Of a stretch of DNA of 64,000 nt, positions 52,332 to 61,148 are shown one piece after another. The notes under the pieces were generated by a model. It made no database searches, had not been told where the DNA came from, and was given only the letters and a program-made list of their open reading frames with translations. Both the position numbers and the translations under genes were made by a program. The number at the start of each line of letters is the position of its first letter. The first letter of the stretch is position 1. The DNA is from Chthoniobacteraceae bacterium (GTDB lineage Bacteria; Verrucomicrobiota; Verrucomicrobiia; Chthoniobacterales; Chthoniobacteraceae): positions 1 through 64,000 of the forward strand of contig JBBCKI010000010.1 of the NCBI GenBank assembly GCA_037190965.1, given 5' to 3'.

Positions 52332-52364
52332 GCGGTGAGAAGGAGTCGGTTCGGTTGGCCGTGG

Positions 52365-52916
52365 TTAGGCGGTGGCGACTTCGCGGGCGGCTTCCTCGGA
52401 GAGGCGGCGCTGATCGTCCGGATTGAGAACCTTGCCGGTGACTTTGCTGGTCGTGTCGACGACGAGGCGGGCCACTTCGCGGCGGAGATCGGCGAAGGAA
52501 CGTTCGCGCTCAAGGGCGGTGGCTTCATTGGCCTTGGCGATGATCGCTTCGGCGTCGGCGATGGCCTGCTGCTGACGTTTCTCGGCCAGGGAGGCGGCGC
52601 TGGAGCGGGCTTCCTCGATCATCTTCTGCGCTTCGCTGTTGGCGCGGGCGAGAATCTCGGCATGGCGGGCTTCGGCGTCGGCGAGCTGCTGCTTGATCTT
52701 CTCGGCATTGGCGAGGCTCTCGGCGATCTTGGCGCGCCGGGCTTCAAGCACTTCGACGATGGGCTTGTAGGCGAACTTGTTGAGCAGGAAGGCAACGACG
52801 ACGAAGCTTGCGACCTGGGAGAAAAAGAGGGTCGGGTTAAAACCGAATTTTTCGCCTACTTCTTTGACGGTATCCGCGATGCCGCCGGCTTGCGCGAGGA
52901 TGATGGGAGCGATCAT
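52365..52916 (-). CDS. atpF: ATP synthase F0 subunit b
   Basis: TM helix, then YKPIVEVLEARR and a long coiled coil. Confidence 0.93.
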   Translation of the reverse strand: MIAPIILAQAGGIADTVKEVGEKFGFNPTLFFSQVASFVVVAFLLNKFAYKPIVEVLEARRAKIAESLANAEKIKQQLADAEARHAEILARANSEAQKMIEEARSSAASLAEKRQQQAIADAEAIIAKANEATALERERSFADLRREVARLVVDTTSKVTGKVLNPDDQRRLSEEAAREVATA

Positions 52917-52981
52917 AGAGTCTGAAAAAAAGAAAGGAAACAGGCGCGGGACCGACTTATCGGCGGTCCCGCGCCATCGAA

Positions 52982-53203
52982 TTATTTCGCGAGGAAGATC
53001 GCGAAGAACACGATGCCTTCAGCGAAGGCGGTGCTCAGAATGGCCTGCACGAGGATCTTCGTGGCGGCGCCGGGATTGCGGCCGACTGCTTCGGAAGCCT
53101 TCATGCCGATCATACCTACGGCGATAGCCGAGGCGAAAGCGGCAACGGCTACGTGGAGGTTACCGGTGATGCCGGCGGCTTCTGCGAGGAGTGCTGGATT
53201 CAT
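52982..53203 (-). CDS. atpE: ATP synthase F0 subunit c
   Basis: Two TM helices, GRNP loop, conserved Glu in FAEG. Lacks the Na+-type Q...ES/T signature, so likely H+-coupled. Confidence 0.93.
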   Translation of the reverse strand: MNPALLAEAAGITGNLHVAVAAFASAIAVGMIGMKASEAVGRNPGAATKILVQAILSTAFAEGIVFFAIFLAK

Positions 53204-53284
53204 GTTAGTACTTTTTTGGTTGTTGCATCGGGCGCCCCCACAGTCTTTGCCAATGGTCCGGCGCCCGAAAGGGTATAAAGGGTT

Positions 53285-54283
53285 TTAGTGGTGTTCCTCG
53301 TCGTGCTGGCAGATGAGGAGGGTGAAAACGGCGGTCAGGAGGGTGAACACCAGCGCTTGAACGACGCCGACGAGAAGCTCCATGAAGTAGAAGGGGATTG
53401 GGACGAGCCAGCCGAAGAATCTGCCGCCGAGAGCAGCCATTGTTTCCAGCATGTTTTCACCGGCGAAGATGTTGCCGTAGAGACGAAAGCTGAGGGAGAC
53501 GGGGCGGAAGAGAATGGAAACCACTTCCAGAATGCCGACGCAGAGGAAGACGACGATCATGAGCACCTTGAGAGCGCCGGTCGTGCCGCCCTTGGGCCCG
53601 AAGAGGTGGACGAGGAAGCCGCCAGGGCCATTGGCCTGGAGAGCCCAGTAAGTCCAGCAGGCGAAGAAGACCATCGACATGGCGAGCGTCATGTTCAGGT
53701 CGGCGTTGCCGCCGCGAAGAATGGGACGGCTGATGTGCTCCAGAGCCCCTTGGGCGTTTGGAGTTCCCCAACCAACGGTGCCGACGCCGGGAATAAGGCC
53801 GAACCAGTTGGTGAAGAGGATGAAAATGAAGAGGGTGGCAAAGAACCAGAAGGTTCTGCGGATCAGATCATGACCGATGATGCCCTCAAGGAATTCGTAA
53901 AGCGATTCCACCAGCCATTCCCAGAAGTTCTGGGCTCCTTCCGGCACTTCCTTGATGTTCTTGGTCGCTGCCCGCGCAAAGAGAATGAGGAACAGTGCAA
54001 CGATCCAGGAGATGACCATCGAACTGTTGATCTTGAAGTACGGCGAGTCGAAAATGACCGGAGCGCCTTCGGGCAGGCCGTGGTGTTCCGCGTGACCTTC
54101 ACTGGCGTGAAGCTGGGGGGCGTCGGCGGCTTGATTAGCAGCGAACGCGTTGGGCGTCGCGGCGGCGAACACAAAAATCAAAGAAAATAGACCCAAAAGC
54201 CAGCCGCGGAGAGCGCGGCTACCGATTGATCCGAGAGTCGAGACAACAGGCTGGACAGGCAAAACTGGAAAGCGGGTGGTCAT
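53285..54283 (-). CDS. atpB: ATP synthase F0 subunit a
   Basis: RPVSLSFRLYGNIFAGE, VQALVF; extended N-terminus. Confidence 0.95.
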   Translation of the reverse strand: MTTRFPVLPVQPVVSTLGSIGSRALRGWLLGLFSLIFVFAAATPNAFAANQAADAPQLHASEGHAEHHGLPEGAPVIFDSPYFKINSSMVISWIVALFLILFARAATKNIKEVPEGAQNFWEWLVESLYEFLEGIIGHDLIRRTFWFFATLFIFILFTNWFGLIPGVGTVGWGTPNAQGALEHISRPILRGGNADLNMTLAMSMVFFACWTYWALQANGPGGFLVHLFGPKGGTTGALKVLMIVVFLCVGILEVVSILFRPVSLSFRLYGNIFAGENMLETMAALGGRFFGWLVPIPFYFMELLVGVVQALVFTLLTAVFTLLICQHDEEHH

Positions 54284-54400
54284 AAAAAACAGCAATTCGC
54301 CCCTGACTTGGGAGCTTCGCGAAGGGGCTCGCGGAGATCGCTAGGGCAGAGGCGTTGCGGGAGCGTGATAAGAACAGCGAATAGGGGAATTTGGCAAGTG

Positions 54401-54422
54401 CTTTGTGAAAAATTTCACAAAG
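54401..54422. promoter_or_regulatory. Palindromic operator upstream of the atp operon (Rex-like)
   Basis: CTTTGTGAAA-AA-TTTCACAAAG contains TTGTGAA-N4-TTCACAA. Confidence 0.65.
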
Positions 54423-54436
54423 ACTTTTTCGGGGGG

Positions 54437-54814
54437 TTAGTATTGGGAGTCTCCGACGACGAGATGGACCACCCCGGCGGGGTCGGTGATGAAAAAGCCG
54501 TCGAAGTCTTCCGGAAGCGCCTCGATCTCATCCCGGCGCGGGACGCCGTGATTTTTGAGGTAGCGCGCGGCAGCTTCGGTATCGTTGGTCTCCAATTCCA
54601 GCCAGACGTCGGTTTTGGCGAGTTGGGGCGCTTTGTCGATCCAGAGTCGCATGGGGCCGAACTGAAAGATGCACCCCTCCGGTTCCTCTTCGACGAGAGG
54701 AAGCCCGAGGGTGTCGCGGTAGAAGGCGACGGTCGCGGGATAGAGATGCAGCGGAACCTTAACGGCGATATTCAGACCGCCGGAAAAGCTCGGATTGGAA
54801 ATGTTGGCTACCAT
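54437..54814 (-). CDS. VOC/glyoxalase superfamily protein
   Basis: ATVAFYRDTLGL...FFITDPAGVVHLV. Confidence 0.8.
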   Translation of the reverse strand: MVANISNPSFSGGLNIAVKVPLHLYPATVAFYRDTLGLPLVEEEPEGCIFQFGPMRLWIDKAPQLAKTDVWLELETNDTEAAARYLKNHGVPRRDEIEALPEDFDGFFITDPAGVVHLVVGDSQY

Positions 54815-54876
54815 GACAGATGAAAAGATGGATCGGATCGGGGGTGCAGGAAAGCAGGAAAAGTGCCTTTGCCACG

Positions 54877-56196
54877 TTACGGGGCAGGGGGTGGGTGGTC
54901 CCGCTGGATCCAGGCGAGGGCTTCCTCCCGGGAAGTGAGAGTGCCCTCCAACTGGCGGGTTTGCGCCGCCTCAAGGATCTCGCCGATCGCCGGGCCCGGT
55001 TTCCAACCTTGGGCCAGGAGATCCCGTCCGGTAATAAGCGGCGGGGGGATGAGCGGTTCGTTGGCGAACTCTTCGCGCTTCGCTTTGAGGAATTCGTAAT
55101 TGTCGAGCATCCCGTGACTGCTGGCACAATCGACGCGGTGGAGTTCCAACTCGTCCGTAAAGTGAGGGCGCGCCATGAAGCGTTTGAGCTTGGCGATACG
55201 CATCGATTGCACATCCTTGAAGACCATGTGATTGGCCACGGCCTCCACGGTCGCGTCGATTTCTTCCCGGGAAAACCGGAGCCGTTCCATGATGCCGACG
55301 GTCATCTCCGCGCCCACCTTGTCATGACCGCTGAACCGGATGCGCCCTTCGGCGGGGTCGATGGAAAACGTGGGGGGCTTGCCGATGTCGTGAAAAAGGA
55401 CGCTGAAAACCAGCGGGAGCGAGACTTCCTCGGGCAGAAGTTCCAGCATCCGGCGGGTGTGAACGTAGACATCGCCCTCCGGGTGGAACTGCGGCGGTTG
55501 TTCGCATCCCTTGAGCGTTTCGATCTCGGGGAGGATCTGCGCCATCAGGCCGCTGGCGTCGAGGAGGTCGAAGCCCCGCACCCGAGCGGGGGAGAGAAAG
55601 ATGCGGACTAATTCCTCTCGAATCCTTTCGGAGCTAACGGCGTGGATTTCGGACGCGTTCTCGCGGATCGCCGCCCAGGTGGCCGGTTCGATCTCGAAGC
55701 CGAAGGTCGCAGAAAAACGGAGCGCGCGCAGGAGCCGGAGCCGGTCCTCGCGAAATCGCTCGGCGGGATTGCCGATGGCCCGGATCAGACGCGCCTGAAG
55801 ATCGTCTCGACCGTGTACGTAATCGATCACCTCGGCGCGCAACGGGTCATAGAACATCCCGTTGATGGTGAAGTCCCGCCGTTCGGCGTCTTGCCGCGGG
55901 TCGGAGTAAGTCACGCCGACCGGGTGGCGGCCATCGAGGTAGATGCCGTCAGCCCGAAAGGTGGCCACCTGAAACTCATACCCGGACTCCAGGACGATGA
56001 TGACGCCGAAGTGCGCCCCGACGGCGTAAGTGCGCGCGAAAAGACTCTGGACCTCCTCGGGCCGGGCGCTGGTCGCGATGTCGTAATCCTTCGGGGAGAT
56101 CCCCAATAGGGTGTCCCGAACGCAGCCGCCTGCAAAGAAAGCCGCGAAACCGGCTTTCTGAAGCCGTTCCACTACCGCTCGCGCGGTCTGTTCCAT
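54877..56196 (-). CDS. cca: CCA tRNA nucleotidyltransferase / poly(A) polymerase family with HD domain
   Basis: GGCVRD, DYD, RRDFTING, ED.LRLLR..RF, FHDIGK. Confidence 0.88.
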   Translation of the reverse strand: MEQTARAVVERLQKAGFAAFFAGGCVRDTLLGISPKDYDIATSARPEEVQSLFARTYAVGAHFGVIIVLESGYEFQVATFRADGIYLDGRHPVGVTYSDPRQDAERRDFTINGMFYDPLRAEVIDYVHGRDDLQARLIRAIGNPAERFREDRLRLLRALRFSATFGFEIEPATWAAIRENASEIHAVSSERIREELVRIFLSPARVRGFDLLDASGLMAQILPEIETLKGCEQPPQFHPEGDVYVHTRRMLELLPEEVSLPLVFSVLFHDIGKPPTFSIDPAEGRIRFSGHDKVGAEMTVGIMERLRFSREEIDATVEAVANHMVFKDVQSMRIAKLKRFMARPHFTDELELHRVDCASSHGMLDNYEFLKAKREEFANEPLIPPPLITGRDLLAQGWKPGPAIGEILEAAQTRQLEGTLTSREEALAWIQRDHPPPAP

Positions 56197-56212
56197 AAAC
56201 GCTGGCAACCGA

Positions 56213-56548
56213 CTACTGGGCGTTTTCTGCCTTTTTGCCCGGGGTGTACTGGATATTGTATTTGGCGACGATCTTCCTGGCCTCGCTGTTGGTCTTGGCG
56301 ACTTCCAGAAGCTCCATCGCCAATTTTTCGAGCCGCATCTTTGAGTCTTCAGCCTGAACAACCGCCGGTTCGCGCTGGGAGATGGCTGTCTGAAGGGTGT
56401 CGCGTTCCCGGGTGATCCGGGTGACCTGCCAGCTCAGAAACATGAGGAAGCTGCAGCCGAAGAGGGCGAGGGGCAAAAACGGGTTCAGAAGCGCCTGGTT
56501 GCCGCCGGCGTTCGTGATGGACTTGGGCTCGGAGGTTTCAGTGCTCAT
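56213..56548 (-). CDS. Small membrane-anchored coiled-coil protein
   Basis: One TM helix and an amphipathic helix; coupled to the upstream gene. Confidence 0.7.
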   Translation of the reverse strand: MSTETSEPKSITNAGGNQALLNPFLPLALFGCSFLMFLSWQVTRITRERDTLQTAISQREPAVVQAEDSKMRLEKLAMELLEVAKTNSEARKIVAKYNIQYTPGKKAENAQ

Positions 56549-56814
56549 TGGGCGGAAGGGTTGACGCTGACGGTGAAGCCGTTGCGGCCCAGAAGTTCCT
56601 TGATTCGCTCGTCGTTGGGCGCTGCGGGAGCGAGATCGCGGACGATATTCTGGAGAACCTGTTGATTGTTGGCGCCCTGGTTGATGGCCTTTTGCTGCTC
56701 GTCGAAAGTAGCTTTCAATTTCAGATTGGACTGATCGACCGCCACGAGCGTGACACTCAAAACGAGGCCGATGAAGCCGAGGAGCGAGGTGAGATAAAAA
56801 TGTGAAGCCTTCAT
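56545..56814 (-). CDS. Small membrane-anchored coiled-coil protein
   Basis: Start MKASHFY; one TM helix and a Gln-rich coiled coil; 4-nt overlap with the next gene. Confidence 0.7.
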   Translation of the reverse strand: MKASHFYLTSLLGFIGLVLSVTLVAVDQSNLKLKATFDEQQKAINQGANNQQVLQNIVRDLAPAAPNDERIKELLGRNGFTVSVNPSAQ

Positions 56815-56923
56815 GGGCGCTATGTAGACAATCGGCGGGAGGGTAATGCCCGCGTTTTCCAAGGTCTCAGCAAACGAAAGGTGGCGGGCGGCGTCAAGCA
56901 GGGAATCGGTGCTCCGGCCATCG

Positions 56924-57080
56924 GGTGCGGTGGCAACGGTAGCACGCTCGCGCCGTCGAGCGCGGGGTTCGGCTCCTGTGGCTTCATGAGGGATCCCAGG
57001 AGTCAGCAGCCTATCCTGTGGGGATGGACATCAAACGCGGCTCTTCATCGATCCCGCGCTCTCGGCGAGAGCGTGCTACC
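56924..57080 (-). repeat. GTAG-REP doublet, copy 5 (reverse)
   Basis: GGTAGCACGCTCGCGCCGTCGAGCGCGGG...CCCGCGCTCTCGGCGAGAGCGTGCTACC. Confidence 0.85.
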
Positions 57081-57123
57081 TTCCCTGCATCCGCGGGTGC
57101 CTCGAGGCACGAAGCCGTTTTGA

Positions 57124-57360
57124 ATGGCTGAGTTCGAAGAATTGGAATTGGGAATCGGCGGGCTCGATTCGGAAGTCGCCGAGGAACGCCTCGCGGGCAT
57201 CCTCAAGAATCTTCACGGAATCCACGGGGTCCGGTTGGTTCGAGGCGGAGGGGCGCACATCATCTTCAATCCGCTGGGGATCACCCGCGAGGAGATCTGC
57301 GCGACGGTGCGGCAGGCGGGCTTTGCCCTCGATACGACCCAGAAAACCGGGGAACTGTAA
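57124..57360 (+). CDS. HMA-like small protein lacking CxxC
   Basis: Pattern LGIGGLDS...L.GI.GV......IIFNP..IT.EEI...V.QAGF matches the HMA ferredoxin-like fold. Confidence 0.65.
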   Translation: MAEFEELELGIGGLDSEVAEERLAGILKNLHGIHGVRLVRGGGAHIIFNPLGITREEICATVRQAGFALDTTQKTGEL

Positions 57361-57369
57361 TCGCTACCG

Positions 57370-57852
57370 CTACGACTTCCGTTCGGCGGACTGGAGGGCG
57401 AAGTTGTTGAGGATCGCGTCCATCGCCCGGTAAGCCCCGGAGACTTTGCCGGTCTGGAGGTCGAGATTGCCGTCCCTTCCGATCACCATCAGCGCGAACG
57501 GTCCTGTCACGCCGTAGCTGGCGGCCACGGCGGCTCCGTCGCGGGCGACCGCAAACGGGATGTTGGAGCGCAGACCTTCGCTGCTCTCGGTAAAGGCGGC
57601 GACGAAAACGACACCGCGCGCGGCGAAGGTCTGGTATTCGTCTTGGAGGCGTTTGACCTGCTTGCGGAAGGCCCTCGACTGCGGCGTCGGAGCCACCAGC
57701 AGGACGACCGGTTGCCCGCGCAACGTCTTGAGCGACTTCCCGGTCGAGAGCGCAAAGTCCGGCGAGGGACGCACGATGTCGGCGTGGCTGGTCGAGACAA
57801 CGCCCGTCAGGGCGAGCGTGGTGGCGAGGAGCAGGGCAAGCGGCTTGTTCAT
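57370..57852 (-). CDS. Secreted thioredoxin-like (redoxin-fold) protein without Cys
   Basis: Signal peptide; PDFAL...SL..LRGQPVVL, YGV, VIGRDG. Confidence 0.65.
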   Translation of the reverse strand: MNKPLALLLATTLALTGVVSTSHADIVRPSPDFALSTGKSLKTLRGQPVVLLVAPTPQSRAFRKQVKRLQDEYQTFAARGVVFVAAFTESSEGLRSNIPFAVARDGAAVAASYGVTGPFALMVIGRDGNLDLQTGKVSGAYRAMDAILNNFALQSAERKS

Positions 57853-57857
57853 CGGGA

Positions 57858-58418
57858 TCAGACTTTGAGAATTTCGGCTTCCTTGTTCGTGACGGCTTCG
57901 TCGATGGCTTTGACGAATTTGTCCGTCAACTCCTGCACATCCTTTTCGAGAGTACGAAGGTCGTCTTCGGTGATTTTGCCCTCTTTCTGGAGTTTCTTGA
58001 GTCCGTCGATGCCGTCGCGGCGGAAACCACGGATGCGCACCCGCGTCTCTTCGGACATCGTTTTGATGGTCTTGACGAGGTCGCGGCGGCGCTCTTCGCT
58101 CAACTCCGGAATGCGGAGGCGGATGAGCTTGCCGTCCACGTTCGGCATGATACCGAGCTTCGATTCCTTAATCCCTTTTTCGACCGCCTTGACGGTGGAG
58201 ACGTCGAAAGGCTGGATGACGATGAGGCGCGCTTCGGGCGTGGTGATCAAAGCGAGCTGCTTGATGCGCATGCTGCTCCCGTAAACGTCGCAATCGATGT
58301 TTTCGACCAGGGCGGGAGATGCCTTGCCGGTGCGCACGCTGGCGAATTCATGGTGCATGTAGTCGATGGTTTTTTCCATCGACTCCTCGGTTTCCAGAAG
58401 GATTTCGTCGGAGCTCAT
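57858..58418 (-). CDS. frr: Ribosome recycling factor
   Basis: VRTGKASP, IPELSEERRRDLVK; 186 aa from MSSDEILL. Confidence 0.96.
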   Translation of the reverse strand: MSSDEILLETEESMEKTIDYMHHEFASVRTGKASPALVENIDCDVYGSSMRIKQLALITTPEARLIVIQPFDVSTVKAVEKGIKESKLGIMPNVDGKLIRLRIPELSEERRRDLVKTIKTMSEETRVRIRGFRRDGIDGLKKLQKEGKITEDDLRTLEKDVQELTDKFVKAIDEAVTNKEAEILKV

Positions 58419-58423
58419 AAAAA

Positions 58424-59164
58424 TTAATCGGCGGAGGTGACCAGCGTGCCCACTTGTTCGCCCATGACGATCCGCTTCACGTTGTCGGAGCGGAGCATGT
58501 CGAAAACGATGATGGGGATGCGGTTGTCCATGCAGAGGGAAAACGCGGTGGAATCCATCACGGCCAACCGACGGGTGAGCGCTTCTGTGTAGGTGATCTT
58601 GTCGTAACGGGTCGCGGTCGGGTCCTTGGCGGGATCGGCGGTATAAATGCCGTCCACCTTGGTTGCTTTCAGAATGACTTCCGCGCCGATCTCGCTGGCG
58701 CGCAGCGCCGCCGTGGTGTCGGTGGAAAAGAAGGGATTGCCCGTTCCGGCTACAAAAATGACGACGCGGCCGCACTCCAGATGCTCCATGGCACGGCGGC
58801 GAATGAACGGTTCCGCGACTTCCTGCATCTCGATGGCCGTCTGGACCCGCGTGGAGATGCCGATCTGTTCCAGGGCGCTCTGGAGAGCCATGCCGTTGAT
58901 GACGGTGGCAAGCATTCCCATGTAGTCGGCGGTGGTGCGCTCCATCCCGCGATGGCTTGCGGAAAGCCCGCGCCAGATGTTGCCGCCGCCGATGACGACC
59001 GCGACTTCCACGCCGAGGCCATGGACTTCCTGGATCTGCCGGGCGATCTCGCTGACAATTTGGGGTGAAATGTTATCGCGGCTTCCCGCCTCTCTCAAAG
59101 CCTCCCCGCTGACTTTGAGGACAATTCGTTTGTATTTGGGGGTTGGCATGCCGGTGTCTGACAT
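58424..59164 (-). CDS. pyrH: UMP kinase
   Basis: [37 protein letters not shown]. Confidence 0.96.
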   Translation of the reverse strand: MSDTGMPTPKYKRIVLKVSGEALREAGSRDNISPQIVSEIARQIQEVHGLGVEVAVVIGGGNIWRGLSASHRGMERTTADYMGMLATVINGMALQSALEQIGISTRVQTAIEMQEVAEPFIRRRAMEHLECGRVVIFVAGTGNPFFSTDTTAALRASEIGAEVILKATKVDGIYTADPAKDPTATRYDKITYTEALTRRLAVMDSTAFSLCMDNRIPIIVFDMLRSDNVKRIVMGEQVGTLVTSAD

Positions 59165-59199
59165 CAGGGCGTCACTCAACACGAAGTGCTCCCCGGGCA

Positions 59200-59595
59200 T
59201 CAAGCTTCATCTTTGCAGCAGGGTGAAATCATGGGGCGTATCCCCCAAAGTCTTGCCTTGGCGGCTCTTTTGCGTTTGTCCCGGACTCGGATCTTGCAGA
59301 GTTCGCGGTAGATCGAGTCGATCTCGGTTTGAATCCGCTCAGGGCGGTCTTCCTGAAGGATGACCTGGGCGTTGACGTGCTGGATCCGCATATCGATTTC
59401 CACCTTCCGCCGGTCCGGGCACCGCGCGGAGGCGTAGCAACGGATCGGTTCGCCCAATGGGCAGCAGGAGTAGAAGAAATGATCCAGTCGCTCCACCTGC
59501 CGCCTCAGGTTGGTATAGGGGTCTTCCTCCACGCAGGCGGCTGTGCCGACAAGGGGGAGGAGGAGTGCAAGGGCAAGGGCGGGGAGGGGAATCAT
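59200..59595 (-). CDS. Hypothetical Cys-rich, possibly exported protein
   Basis: Hydrophobic N-terminus ending TAAC (possible lipobox). Confidence 0.45.
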   Translation of the reverse strand: MIPLPALALALLLPLVGTAACVEEDPYTNLRRQVERLDHFFYSCCPLGEPIRCYASARCPDRRKVEIDMRIQHVNAQVILQEDRPERIQTEIDSIYRELCKIRVRDKRKRAAKARLWGIRPMISPCCKDEA

Positions 59596-59638
59596 CGGTT
59601 TTTCAGTTCTCTAAAGATCGGATCTGAGGGGTCTTGAG

Positions 59639-59795
59639 GGTGCGGCAGCACCGGTAGCCCGCTCCGCCGTCGAGCGCGGGTTCGACTCCCTGGCTTCATG
59701 AGGGCCGCATCCCAGTATCGGCAGTCTGTCCTGCGGGATGGGCGTCAAACGCGACTCTTCATCGATGCCCGCGCTCGCGGCGCGAGCGGGCTACC
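59639..59795 (-). repeat. GTAG-REP doublet, copy 6 (reverse)
   Basis: GGTGCGGCAGCACC-GGTAGCCCGCTCCGCCGTCGAGCGCGGG...GAGCGGGCTACC. Confidence 0.85.
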
Positions 59796-59888
59796 TTGCC
59801 AGAGAAATCTGTAATCTGAGTGCAGGTTCTTGTGTAACAACCATTTGCGAAATGGCGAAGTTGCGTTGAGGTTGCCAGCCGTTCTGCA

Positions 59889-61022
59889 ATGAGGCTCAAA
59901 ATTCCAATCCCAGCTTCGAAACTCTTCGCGACCGCTGCCGCCAGCGTGTTCTGGTTCGCATCTCCCCATCATGCGGATGCGGCTGGGGAGTGGAAGCTGT
60001 ACCGGTACAGCGGGCATGACTACGTCTCGCTCGACAATATTGCTTCCTTTTATGGGCTTTCCCCGGCGGCGGTGACGGTTCCCGCTCCGGGGGCTGCAAC
60101 GCCGCCGGAAGATTCTGCGGTCACCCCGGCCAACAATCAGACCGGCTTCGCCAATGACAACGCCGAGATCGGCCTGCGCACCGGCTCCCGTGAGGTTATC
60201 ATCAACGGCGTCAGGCAATGGCTCTCTTTTCCGGTTAGGGAGGAGGACGGGAAACTGCTTGTCTCGCGTGTTGACCTCGCCAAAACCATCGAGCCGATGC
60301 TGCGTCCTCAGCGAATTGGGGACCTGAAACGGGTGGAGACCGTCGTGCTTGACCCCGGCCATGGCGGCCACGATCGGGGGGCCACCAACAAGCTCGGCAA
60401 GGAAAAGGAGTACACCCTCGACGTCTGCCTTCGCATCAAGCCGCTCCTGGAAGCCCAGGGGCTTCGGGTCATCCTGACCCGCGATCGCGATGTCTTTATC
60501 CCTCTTAATAAACGCCCCCGGATTGCGAATGAAACTCCCAACTCGATCTTTGTTTCCGTTCATTTCAACTCGGGCGGCCCTCATGCCAACGGGTTTGAGG
60601 TGTTCGCCATCACCCCGCGCGGCGCACCCTCCACGGCAGACAAGGTGGTTCGGCCCCGCGATTTCCGGGAGGAACCCGGCAACGCGGTCGATGTCCCCAG
60701 CGCGGCCCTCGCCTCCAGCGTTTATCACTCCATGCTTGGGCACCTCCCCCAGGTCGACCGGGGGTTGAAGCGCGCCCGGTTCGCCGTTATCCGGACCGCC
60801 ACGGTCCCCTCCATTCTGGTGGAAGGCGGGTTCGTCTCCCATGGGGAAGAGTCCCAACTCATTCATGCCCCGGAATGGAGGGAGAACCTCGCAAAATCGA
60901 TCGCGGCGGGGATTCTTGGATACAAGGGGCTTTCCGAATTGAATCGCCCTCCCGAACTCATGGCGACTTACCGCCGCGAGTTGAAGGAAGAGACGGCGAA
61001 GAAGGAAGTTCCGGAGAAATAG
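59889..61022 (+). CDS. N-acetylmuramoyl-L-alanine amidase (Amidase_3)
   Basis: VLDPGHGGHD, EKEYTL, FVSVHFN, PSILVEGGF; signal peptide. Confidence 0.92.
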   Translation: MRLKIPIPASKLFATAAASVFWFASPHHADAAGEWKLYRYSGHDYVSLDNIASFYGLSPAAVTVPAPGAATPPEDSAVTPANNQTGFANDNAEIGLRTGSREVIINGVRQWLSFPVREEDGKLLVSRVDLAKTIEPMLRPQRIGDLKRVETVVLDPGHGGHDRGATNKLGKEKEYTLDVCLRIKPLLEAQGLRVILTRDRDVFIPLNKRPRIANETPNSIFVSVHFNSGGPHANGFEVFAITPRGAPSTADKVVRPRDFREEPGNAVDVPSAALASSVYHSMLGHLPQVDRGLKRARFAVIRTATVPSILVEGGFVSHGEESQLIHAPEWRENLAKSIAAGILGYKGLSELNRPPELMATYRRELKEETAKKEVPEK

Positions 61023-61148
61023 CCTTCGATTTTCGAACGCGGGCAAAGAAAGTATGTCTGAATGCTTGCGGGGCAATCAGGTAGCCCTGCATTCTCGGCG
61101 AACTTTTTCAGGCTAACCTTTGGCAGATTCTTACGACCCGACACGCAC

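Noticed and set aside
52982..53203. Na+-translocating or N-type ATPase
   Set aside because: The c subunit lacks the Na+-binding signature, and the gene order is the standard BEFHAGDC without atpQ/atpR.
58419..58775. 305 aa Frr, plus extended starts of cca, pgsA, moxR and DUF58
   Set aside because: The extensions overlap neighbouring genes or repeats. Internal ATGs give canonical lengths.
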